DNA of 62,565 nt from an uncultured Prevotella sp. (lineage in GTDB: Bacteria > Bacteroidota > Bacteroidia > Bacteroidales > Bacteroidaceae): positions 1 through 62,565 of the forward strand of contig CAMWKM010000001.1 in NCBI GenBank assembly GCA_947174835.1, in the 5' to 3' direction. Below the pieces are notes generated by a model, which was not told the DNA's origin, did no database searches, and worked only from the letters and a program-made list of their open reading frames with translations. A program made the position numbers and the translations under genes. Of the stretch, positions 8,943 through 17,442 are shown piece after piece. The stretch's first letter is position 1, and each line of letters begins with the position of its first letter.

Positions 8943-10361
8943 ATGACAGATTCAACACAACAAAAAGGTTTCTACAAACTATCATGGATGCAGCGCATCG
9001 GCTTCGGCTCGGGCGACTTGGCACAGAACCTCATCTACCAAACTATCAGCATGTACTTGCTGTTTTTCTACACAGACATCTTTGGCCTCGAACCCGGTCA
9101 TGCCGCAGTCATGTTTGGCGTGGTACGTATCATTGACGTGCTGTGGGATCCTCTTGTGGGTACGTTTGTTGATAAGCATAACCCGAAGTTAGGCAAGTAT
9201 AGGGCTTATCTGGTATTGGCAGGCATCCCGCTTACAGTGCTGGCCATTTTGTGCTTTTGGAACGGATTTGCAGACAGCGCATACACTACAAAACTAATCT
9301 ATGCTTATATTACTTACGTAGGTATGTCAATGCTTTACACATTGATTAATGTGCCTTACGGTGCACTGAACAGTTCCTTAACGCGTGATACCGACGAAAT
9401 CACCATACTCACCTCTACACGCATGTTCATGGCCAACATAGGTGGTTTGGCAGTATCGGCAGGCATCCCCATTCTCGTGGCAATCATGGCTGGTATTGTG
9501 GACATTCCTTATGAAATGGCATTGTTCATGGGACTTGGTTCGTTGCCCTCGTTCATCTTCATGCCTATGGTACCCGCAATTAAAAAAGCGGTAGGAAAGA
9601 AGAATATGTTCTACATCTTCTTGTCAGTTGCTATCGTAGGCATGGCTATGCTCTACATCATCACCAAGACAATGGATATGAAGGAGAATATGGTACTTAT
9701 TTATGTGGCACAGTTTATCAAATCAACGGGTATTATCGTTGCAACCGGTTACATGTGGGCACTTATTCCAGAAGTCATTTCCTACGGCGAATACACTACA
9801 GGCAAGCGTATTTCGGGCATCGTGAATGCTCTGACGGGTATATTCTTTAAAGCCGGAATGGCCGCTGGCGGTGTAGTACCAGGCATCGTATTAGCCTACA
9901 CCAATTACAAGGCTGCAGCCGAAGAAGCAAGCACTCTTCCCAAAGACTCAAGCGCATGGTTCTACACTATGCTAATCTTCTCGCTCGTGGGTCTTGCCTT
10001 GTTGATTTTCTGCTTCACACAATGTAAGGAGCGTGTAGTAATGGATGCAAAAGAAACAGAGAATGTAAAAGTGAGCGATTTGTGGGTGGAGTTCTTCCAT
10101 AACCGTCCGTTGCGCATTGTGGCTCTGTTCTTCATCACTGCTTTCGCCATGATGTCAGTAGGCAATGCTGCCGGTGCATACTATATGAACAATCTGCAAG
10201 CGCAAACTCCTTTGGCTCAGGAAGGCATTCTGTGGCTCGTGTGCGTAATCCCTGCCGCCTTACTGCTCCTCGCTATGTTCATCATTTCTAAATATGAACT
10301 AAGCGACGAAGTCATTGACAAAATCAACAAAGAAATCGAACAACGTAACAAAAATAACTAA
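8943..10361 (+). CDS. GPH-family MFS xyloside/cation symporter (XynT/XynD-like) with permuted helix order
   Basis: GFGSGDLAQN, DVLWDPLVG..D..GKYR, INVPYGAL..LT, E..GKRISG motifs; 12 hydrophobic segments; ATG at 8943. Confidence 0.9.
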   Translation: MTDSTQQKGFYKLSWMQRIGFGSGDLAQNLIYQTISMYLLFFYTDIFGLEPGHAAVMFGVVRIIDVLWDPLVGTFVDKHNPKLGKYRAYLVLAGIPLTVLAILCFWNGFADSAYTTKLIYAYITYVGMSMLYTLINVPYGALNSSLTRDTDEITILTSTRMFMANIGGLAVSAGIPILVAIMAGIVDIPYEMALFMGLGSLPSFIFMPMVPAIKKAVGKKNMFYIFLSVAIVGMAMLYIITKTMDMKENMVLIYVAQFIKSTGIIVATGYMWALIPEVISYGEYTTGKRISGIVNALTGIFFKAGMAAGGVVPGIVLAYTNYKAAAEEASTLPKDSSAWFYTMLIFSLVGLALLIFCFTQCKERVVMDAKETENVKVSDLWVEFFHNRPLRIVALFFITAFAMMSVGNAAGAYYMNNLQAQTPLAQEGILWLVCVIPAALLLLAMFIISKYELSDEVIDKINKEIEQRNKNN

Positions 10362-10368
10362 TAACATT

Positions 10369-11370
10369 ATGAAACCCAGATACCTATTTCCCAGTGACTA
10401 TATGGCTGATCCTTCGGCCAACGTGTTCAACGACCGCTTATATATCTATCCCAGTCACGACTGGGAAGCAGGCGCAGCCTTCGATGATGACGGCGGACAC
10501 TTCCAAATGAAAGACTACCACGTGCTATCACTCACCGACGTAGAAAACGGTGATGTGACCGATCACGGAGTAATCCTCGATGTGAAGGATGTGCCCTGGG
10601 CAGAGAAACAAATGTGGGACAACGACGTAGTGGAGAAAGACGGCAAGTATTACCTGATCTTCTCAGCCAAAGACTACAATGGTGTGTTCCATCTGGGAGT
10701 CGCCATTGCCGACAAGCCCGAAGGCCCATTCGTACCTCAGGAGCATCCCATCCGTGGCTCGTTCTCCATTGATCCCTGTGTCTTCAAAGACGAGGATGGC
10801 CAGATCTATGTTTACTTCGGTGGTCTTTGGGGAGGCCAGTTGCAGTGGTATCAAGCCCCGGCCACACTTCAGAAGGCAGGTATTGACCTTGGTCCCGCTG
10901 CCGACAAGAAGACCCAACTCTACACATCGCCTGATGCTCCGGCCCTGCCCAGTTGTGTTGTTCGCCTAAGCAACGATGTGCTCCAGTTTGCCGAAGCCCC
11001 GCATCCGGTCATTATTCTCGACAAGGACGGACAACCTCTAAAGGCAGGCGATCCTCACCGCTTCTTCGAAGCCTCGTGGATGCACAAGAAAGACGGAAAG
11101 TATTACTTCAGCTACTCCACCGGTGACAGTCACCTGTTGTGCTATGCCATCGGTGATAGCCCCTACGGTCCCTTCACTTTCCAAGGCGTACTGCTCGACC
11201 CCGTGGTAGGCTGGACCACCCACCACAGCATTGTAAAGTACAAAGACGAGTGGTTCCTGTTCTACCACGACTGCGTACCCTCCAATGACATCACACATCT
11301 ACGCTCACTAAAGGTACAACGTCTGTTCTACAACGAAGACGGAACTATCCAGAAAGTCGTGAATGAATAA
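10369..11370 (+). CDS. xynB: GH43_1-type cytoplasmic beta-xylosidase/alpha-arabinofuranosidase
   Basis: YMADPSA..YIYPSHD, MKDYHV, SIDPCVF, FGGLWGGQLQ, FFEASW, GWTTHHS; no signal peptide; follows the MFS gene as in Prevotella/Bacteroides xyn operons. Confidence 0.88.
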   Translation: MKPRYLFPSDYMADPSANVFNDRLYIYPSHDWEAGAAFDDDGGHFQMKDYHVLSLTDVENGDVTDHGVILDVKDVPWAEKQMWDNDVVEKDGKYYLIFSAKDYNGVFHLGVAIADKPEGPFVPQEHPIRGSFSIDPCVFKDEDGQIYVYFGGLWGGQLQWYQAPATLQKAGIDLGPAADKKTQLYTSPDAPALPSCVVRLSNDVLQFAEAPHPVIILDKDGQPLKAGDPHRFFEASWMHKKDGKYYFSYSTGDSHLLCYAIGDSPYGPFTFQGVLLDPVVGWTTHHSIVKYKDEWFLFYHDCVPSNDITHLRSLKVQRLFYNEDGTIQKVVNE

Positions 11371-11878
11371 CCAAGACATTATAGAAGACTATTATCGTAA
11401 GCACAGAGGTGAGATTCTCACCTTTGTGCGCGTTCGTCTTCAATACAGTGATGAGGCAGAGGATTTGGTGCAGGAAGCTTTCTTGCGCCTGCTCAGTGGC
11501 AACCGCCTCATCAACAAGATCACGCTACCCAGTTTGGTCTACACACTCTGCCGCAACCTCATTACCGACTGGTATCGCCACCATAGCGTGCGTCAAGATG
11601 CCGAGCATAACATCAGTTACTCATTGACGGTCAATGGCCAAAACACCTGTGCCGAGACTGCCGAATCGATGCTTTCCATACGTGAAATCAACGAACAACT
11701 GGAGCGTGGTCTGACCCATGTGCCTCAAGAATGTCGTGAACTTTACCGGATGCACATCTATGGTGCCATGCCCATTCGCGACATTTGCCTACAGACCGGC
11801 CAGCCTTACAAGGCTGTAGAATACAGATTGGGGCAAGCTCGCAAACAAGTAAGAAATCAATTACGATACATTATATGA
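11363..11878 (+). CDS. ECF RNA polymerase sigma-70 factor
   Basis: Region 2 AEDLVQEAFLRL..RNLITDWYR; region 4 HTH (PQECRE..IRDIC..KAVEYRLGQARKQVR); 171 aa. Confidence 0.85.
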   Translation: MNNQDIIEDYYRKHRGEILTFVRVRLQYSDEAEDLVQEAFLRLLSGNRLINKITLPSLVYTLCRNLITDWYRHHSVRQDAEHNISYSLTVNGQNTCAETAESMLSIREINEQLERGLTHVPQECRELYRMHIYGAMPIRDICLQTGQPYKAVEYRLGQARKQVRNQLRYII

Positions 11879-13656
11879 AAAAGATCCTCCTACTCGCTCT
11901 CTCACTCTTTGTTTCCTTTCTCTCTTTTGCCGAGGATGGCAGCCGGCTATGGCTACGCTATGACAGTACCTTGGTGAAGAACATCACCCTGCAGATAGAT
12001 TCCACGATGCCCGATGACGACGGCTATCGCATCGAAGGCCACACGGTTTCTGCCCGTACCGAGATGGGATTGCTCTATGGTAAGTATGCCTTCCTGCGAG
12101 GCGAGCAAGGTGAATCGCACCCCTACTTCCATCTTCGCCTCCTCAATCACTGGGACAATCTCGATGGATCCATTGAACGAGGCTATGCAGGAAAAAGTAT
12201 TTTCTGGGATCTTTCTACTGCCCTCTCTCCGTTCGGAGAGGAAAATGAGGCACTTATCCACCAATATGCCGAAGCCAATGCCTCTATCGGCATCAACGGC
12301 ACAGTGCTCAACAATGTGAATGCCTCACCGAAGATGCTGACCCGTCCTTATATAAATAAGGTGAAGGAGATTGCCGATATATTGCGCCCTTGGGGCATCA
12401 AGGTCTACTTGAGCGTGAATTTTGGCACACCGAAAGCATTGGGCGAGACAAAAACGGCCGATCCACTGGACCCGCAAGTGCGCCGTTGGTGGCAACGCAA
12501 GGCAAAAGAAATATACCAGCAGATACCCGACTTCGGTGGATTCCTCGTCAAAGCTAACAGCGAAGGACAGCCCGGCCCGTTCGATTATGGTCGCACCCAT
12601 GCCGATGGTGCCAATATGTTGGCCGATGCCCTGAAACCATACAATGGCATTGTCATGTGGCGGTCGTTTGTCTATGGTGCAAAACACAAGGGCGAAGACC
12701 GTGTGATGCAGGCTGTCAGCGAGTTCGCAGAACTTGACGGACAGTTCCGCGACAATGTTATCCTACAGTCAAAGAACGGCCCACTGGATTTCCAGCCACG
12801 TGAACCTTACGCCCCCATCTTCGATCAGATGAAGCAAACTCCACAAATGGTCGAGCTACAGATTACACAGGAATACCTTGGACAGGGCGACCATCTGGTA
12901 TTTCTCGCTCCCATGTGGAAAGAATTCTTTTCCCATGTCAGTCCCTCTCGCCTGCAGGGCATTGCCGGTGTGGCTAACATCGGCCTCGACAAGAACTGGT
13001 GCGGTCATCATTTCGCACAAGCCAACTGGTACGCTTTCGGCCGTTTGGCCTGGAATCCCAGCCTGTCATCGAAGCAGATTGCAGAAGAATGGCTCCGTCA
13101 GACTTTCTCTCCCACCTTGCAATCTACGCTCCAATCCATGCTCCTTCGCTCTCGCGAAGCCTGTGTAGACTACATGATGCCCCTCGGACTACACCACATC
13201 TTCAAGTTCGACCATCACATGGGCCCGGAGCCTGATGGCTTCAAAGCCGCGTATCCCATCGAGTGGTGCCCCGTCTACTACCATAAAGCCGACAAGCAAG
13301 GCATTGGTTTCGACCGTTCCAGTCGCGGCACTGGTGCTACCCGGCAATATTGCGAGCCTTACCGCACACTCTACGACAGTCCAACAACCTGCCCTGAACG
13401 ATATCTACTCTGGTTCCATCACCTGCCGTGGGACTACCGCACACTGAGCGGTCGCACCCTTTGGGAAGAAATGCAATACCGCTATCAGAGAGGTGTCAAT
13501 GAGGTGGAAGACTTTATTCGTATATGGCAGGAAGCCCGCCCAGACGTTGATGAACAACGCTGGCAGGAGGTGAACGACAAGTTACAGAAGCAATTGCGCG
13601 ATGCCCAGGAATGGCGCGACGTATGTATAAAATACTTCGGAGAGATACATCTCTAA
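11875..13656 (+). CDS. GH67 alpha-glucuronidase
   Basis: EDGSRLWLRY, RLLNHWDNLDGSIERGYAG, LNNVNA, VKANSEGQPGP, KNGPLDFQPREP, ELQITQEYLG; ATGA overlap with the ECF stop. Confidence 0.93.
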   Translation: MKKILLLALSLFVSFLSFAEDGSRLWLRYDSTLVKNITLQIDSTMPDDDGYRIEGHTVSARTEMGLLYGKYAFLRGEQGESHPYFHLRLLNHWDNLDGSIERGYAGKSIFWDLSTALSPFGEENEALIHQYAEANASIGINGTVLNNVNASPKMLTRPYINKVKEIADILRPWGIKVYLSVNFGTPKALGETKTADPLDPQVRRWWQRKAKEIYQQIPDFGGFLVKANSEGQPGPFDYGRTHADGANMLADALKPYNGIVMWRSFVYGAKHKGEDRVMQAVSEFAELDGQFRDNVILQSKNGPLDFQPREPYAPIFDQMKQTPQMVELQITQEYLGQGDHLVFLAPMWKEFFSHVSPSRLQGIAGVANIGLDKNWCGHHFAQANWYAFGRLAWNPSLSSKQIAEEWLRQTFSPTLQSTLQSMLLRSREACVDYMMPLGLHHIFKFDHHMGPEPDGFKAAYPIEWCPVYYHKADKQGIGFDRSSRGTGATRQYCEPYRTLYDSPTTCPERYLLWFHHLPWDYRTLSGRTLWEEMQYRYQRGVNEVEDFIRIWQEARPDVDEQRWQEVNDKLQKQLRDAQEWRDVCIKYFGEIHL

Positions 13657-13660
13657 AGGA

Positions 13661-13693
13661 AGGGCACTGACAAATTCAGTGCCCTCTTTTTTT
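13661..13693 (+). terminator. Intrinsic terminator after GH67
   Basis: agggcactga-caaat-tcagtgccct followed by a T run. Confidence 0.85.
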
Positions 13694-13755
13694 ATCATAT
13701 ATAAACAAGAAGTCAACGTGAGCATTATCAAATGCAAAAGATGTAGAGAAGCGAC

Positions 13756-13817
13756 CGTTTGAAGCCTCCAAACGACTCGTTTGAAGCCTGCAAACCACCC
13801 GTTTGGAGCCTCCATTC
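13756..13817. repeat. 22-bp-period semi-palindromic repeat element, copy 1
   Basis: cgtttgaagcctccaaacgact / cgtttgaagcctgcaaaccacc / cgtttggagcctccattc; a related copy is at 28724-28785. Confidence 0.8.
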
Positions 13818-13835
13818 ACCCGGAAATCAGCATCA

Positions 13836-15758
13836 TTACCCAACTGCCGCCAACGACAGTTCAATGATAAAGCGGCAACCCTCGTGATAGGTGGGGTCAA
13901 GAATAAGAGTACCACCCATGTTCGTTATATGCCGTTTTGCAAGCGGAAGCCCCAATCCGAGTCCTTCGGAAAGATCATCGGCCTTAGTGAATGGCTGGAA
14001 AATATGGGGCTGATAGTCAGGAGATATGCCCACCCCTTTATCTTCGAAAACAAGACGAACCACCGCATCATGGGCTGAGACCGTCAGAGAGATGTGCTGC
14101 TTATCGGAGTATTTTACAGAGTTGCGGATCAGTTCTGCGATTGTCCTGCTAAGATAGACAGGTTCGGCTTTAACGGTCAACGTGTCTGGAATTGTTGTAT
14201 GGAAGTCAATGTTCACGTCACCGAACCACTTGGCAATAACCTCTACGGCCTCCCGTGCCACCTCATTGCATCGCACATCCTGCAAACTGCTGTTTTTCTC
14301 CTCTATGGTGCCCACCTCTGAAGTGTCATAGAGCATCAGCACCATGCTCCAAAGTGCAGTCGTGTTATAGTTCATCACACCGGAAATACTTTTCATTTCT
14401 TCCGGCGGCAGACTATTACCGCTATCGCGAAGCACTTGTGCAAAACCTATGATAATATTAAGCGGTGTACGTATCTGGTGCGCCATGTTCTGAATGAAGG
14501 TATTCTTCTTCTGCACAGCGTCCTCGACTTCTAAGCTGGCCAGCCGGAGTTCCTCGTTGCGTCGGGCTCTCTCTTCATTCGCACGCAGGACATCATTCAC
14601 ACGTTGGCGGAGCGTTCTCTGCATCAAAGCAAAACTGTTCTGCAGCCATCCCACCGCATCTTTGCGTTTCGTTGTAGGCAGCAGTTCAGAGAAATGACCT
14701 GAGGCGACGATATGTTGAGACTGTTCCAGCAATAGGTTTAGGGGACGAATAACATGGGCTACGACACGACGACAGAACAGGAGGATGAACAAAAGGCCAC
14801 CTGCGGTCAATAGCAGGATGCCGAGTGTCATCCGGTTATAGTCACCCAGAACGTCGCTTTTGGGACAGACTACGGCAAGACTCCATCCCGTTCCGGCAAT
14901 CGGCTGATAGCACACAAGACAAGGTTTGCCATTAACATTGACTTCCATGCCACCTTTCTGCCCTGTGGTCATTTGGTGTCCCAGAGCGATCATATCCAAC
15001 TGACGGACGTTATCGGTTACCATATCAAAGATGGTTCGATCGTTTTGACGTGTGGAATCCGGATGCCACAAGAAGTGTCCCTTTGGTCCCAATATAGCGT
15101 AATAGGCATTTGGAGTAGGTTTCTCTGCTTGAATGACATCTACCAACATGGATAACGACACATCGGCAGAGATAACGCCAACCATCTTCCCTTTAGCATC
15201 GTAAAGCGGTTTGCAATAAGAAGTTATCTTCTCTGGTGCCGAAAGCGTACCCTCAGTGTAGTCATCATAGGGTTCAACCCAGCAACCCTTTCCCAGTTCT
15301 CGCGGGTTCTTGTACCACGCCTTATCGAAATATTCATACTCCCTTTTGCGGACGGTGATGATGCTGTCACCCTTTCTGACAGAGTAAGCAGAGAAGTATC
15401 GACCATACTCCGGAAAGGTATAGGGTTCTGCTGTGATAGAACATCCACTTGTATTAGGGTTAATGGCTACAATACGTCGCGAAAAGGCGAGCATCGATTC
15501 AGGGTCGAAATTCTCCATCACAAGCCACTCGTTGGAATTAATAGCCGTCTCAATGATTCCCAAAAAGCCGTTTGCACGCTCCACCGTTGCATTGAGCACA
15601 CTACCGACCCGGCTTGCTGCCTCATTCTTGATATGGGATCTTGACTGTACGAACAGAATGCCCATCACTGCTCCGAAGACAAGTATGGCCAACAACTGAA
15701 TACCGAAACTAAGTTTCAGTGCCAATGATTGTTGTATATGACGTATGAGATTCTTCAT
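13836..15758 (-). CDS. Membrane sensor histidine kinase (TM-dCache-TM-HAMP-HisKA-HATPase)
   Basis: WY..P..WVEPY.D Cache motif, HAMP (RPLN..DAVGWLQNSF), H-box MAHQIRTPLN, N-box NSVKY, DKGVGI, GLGLGL. Confidence 0.9.
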   Translation of the reverse strand: MKNLIRHIQQSLALKLSFGIQLLAILVFGAVMGILFVQSRSHIKNEAASRVGSVLNATVERANGFLGIIETAINSNEWLVMENFDPESMLAFSRRIVAINPNTSGCSITAEPYTFPEYGRYFSAYSVRKGDSIITVRKREYEYFDKAWYKNPRELGKGCWVEPYDDYTEGTLSAPEKITSYCKPLYDAKGKMVGVISADVSLSMLVDVIQAEKPTPNAYYAILGPKGHFLWHPDSTRQNDRTIFDMVTDNVRQLDMIALGHQMTTGQKGGMEVNVNGKPCLVCYQPIAGTGWSLAVVCPKSDVLGDYNRMTLGILLLTAGGLLFILLFCRRVVAHVIRPLNLLLEQSQHIVASGHFSELLPTTKRKDAVGWLQNSFALMQRTLRQRVNDVLRANEERARRNEELRLASLEVEDAVQKKNTFIQNMAHQIRTPLNIIIGFAQVLRDSGNSLPPEEMKSISGVMNYNTTALWSMVLMLYDTSEVGTIEEKNSSLQDVRCNEVAREAVEVIAKWFGDVNIDFHTTIPDTLTVKAEPVYLSRTIAELIRNSVKYSDKQHISLTVSAHDAVVRLVFEDKGVGISPDYQPHIFQPFTKADDLSEGLGLGLPLAKRHITNMGGTLILDPTYHEGCRFIIELSLAAVG

Positions 15759-17248
15759 TTTCCCAATTTCTCTTGTGATACGCCCATCAGTTCGTTTAGT
15801 TGCTTTGTGATTATCTTGCTATTCTGCAGAATGTCATCAACCAGTTCGTCAGTCCTTTTGCGCTCAATATCCCAACTATTATCGCACAGCACACGAACAT
15901 TGTCACGAATGACGTTGACGGGATCCATCAACTGCCCTGACATGCGATGCAAGAAAGCTATCTTTATCTGATCAGCTTCCTTGGCTTGTTCATAAGCCTT
16001 CTCCAGTGCCTCTTCCTTCTCCTGCAATGTCTCGACTGACAATTTCAGTTCCTCTCTTTTGGCAGTTAAAGACTTTTGCATTTGCCGGAAATTAGCTTGC
16101 AATCGTCCTACCTCATCATCTCTCAGACTCACAGGAATAGGGTCATCGTAATTTCCATCGGCAATACGTCGTGTTTGCTTGGCAAGCTGTCTGAGTGGCC
16201 GAAATTGACGACTGACAATAATCAGGCAGGCCAGAAAAACGAATAGCAAGCCGACAATGGCCACGACAAGTACAACGATTTTCAATTCATTGTATTCACC
16301 AAAGACATCATCCTCGGGGAGCACGATACCAGTACTCCACCCCAATTCCTCTGTTGAGCGTCCCGCAACCGGTGTGCGTACAAAGGGCTTATAGAACACA
16401 TAGTTGTCGGTGCCGTCCAGTCTGACATGGCGATAATCAGTCTTACCGGCCATCATTGCTTTAGCTGCTTGCTGGACAGATGGATCCATCTGTGCGAGTA
16501 CCATCTCATTGAGTCGTTTGGAACTATCGGGATGTACGATATACATGCCATTCTCGGCCAGCAGAATAGCATAGGAATTAAGCGACGGCTTGGCAGCCAT
16601 GACAATACGCGTCAGCAAGTCTATGGACACATCGGCAGCCAAGACTCCCACCACACGTCCCTCTCTGCTATAGATAGGCAGACAGAAAGTCGTAATCGTC
16701 CCCCCCCCATAATCCTTCAGGGGACCGACCCAGCAAGGACGTCCGGTCTGCATAGGCTTCATATACCATGCCTGTTCCGTATAGAGGGTGTTGCCAAAGG
16801 TTTCAGATTGAACAATGGTATCGTTACCTACCTGCTGGTCCATTGGATTTCTATAGTCGCTATGATAGAAATAAGCCATGAAGTACTCACCCTTATCCTT
16901 ATAATAATAAGGTTGCATGGCAATGGCACATCCAGTGATATAAGGAGAATCTTTCACGAGCATCTTACTGTAGGCGTACATCCTATCAGGCTCATCCAGA
17001 TGCTGCATCAAGTCGTAATAGACATTACCCGTAGCCTGTTCAACGGATAGCAGAACATTGTCAATATGCTGCACCGTAGCTTCAAGCGTCTGTGATGCGT
17101 TCTGGAGTGCTTCCTCCTTTATCACCTTACGCGAATATCGTAATGCGGCAAAGAGTATCACCATCAGCAAAATAGCAATAGCACCTAAAAGTGCCAAGCT
17201 AAGACGCAAGGATAGTATTTGTCTAAGTTTCTTAGTTCGATTGCTCAT
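15755..17248 (-). CDS. dCache-HAMP membrane sensor with degenerate His-less HisKA and no ATPase domain
   Basis: Paralogous to the downstream kinase; the H-box position reads FLHRMSGQLMDPVN; protein ends about 60 aa later; 4-bp overlap with the kinase start. Confidence 0.8.
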   Translation of the reverse strand: MSNRTKKLRQILSLRLSLALLGAIAILLMVILFAALRYSRKVIKEEALQNASQTLEATVQHIDNVLLSVEQATGNVYYDLMQHLDEPDRMYAYSKMLVKDSPYITGCAIAMQPYYYKDKGEYFMAYFYHSDYRNPMDQQVGNDTIVQSETFGNTLYTEQAWYMKPMQTGRPCWVGPLKDYGGGTITTFCLPIYSREGRVVGVLAADVSIDLLTRIVMAAKPSLNSYAILLAENGMYIVHPDSSKRLNEMVLAQMDPSVQQAAKAMMAGKTDYRHVRLDGTDNYVFYKPFVRTPVAGRSTEELGWSTGIVLPEDDVFGEYNELKIVVLVVAIVGLLFVFLACLIIVSRQFRPLRQLAKQTRRIADGNYDDPIPVSLRDDEVGRLQANFRQMQKSLTAKREELKLSVETLQEKEEALEKAYEQAKEADQIKIAFLHRMSGQLMDPVNVIRDNVRVLCDNSWDIERKRTDELVDDILQNSKIITKQLNELMGVSQEKLGK

Positions 17249-17257
17249 TCTTGACTG

Positions 17258-17265
17258 CAAAAATA
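17258..17265 (-). promoter_or_regulatory. -7 element TATTTTTG of the sensor pair
   Basis: TAnnTTTG 9 bp upstream of the ATG at 17248. Confidence 0.55.
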
Positions 17266-17392
17266 CAAATATTTTTATTATTTACAACATATTCATCACT
17301 ATTTCTTTCAACTTACGACTAAAAAAGTGTAATAGAGACACTGAGAAAAAGAAAAGAAACGGTTTTTAGTCTTTTCTTACATCATTATTTAG

Positions 17393-17400
17393 TAATTTTG
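17393..17400 (+). promoter_or_regulatory. -7 element TAATTTTG of the GH10-esterase operon
   Basis: TAnnTTTG 42 bp upstream of the ATG at 17443. Confidence 0.65.
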
Positions 17401-17442
17401 CACCTATATATATAATTAAAACTAACAAACCGATAACATCGT

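Noticed and set aside
13582-13915. Short ORFs (77 and 79 aa) spanning the GH67-kinase junction
   Set aside because: They run through the terminator and the 22-bp repeat element; no coding evidence
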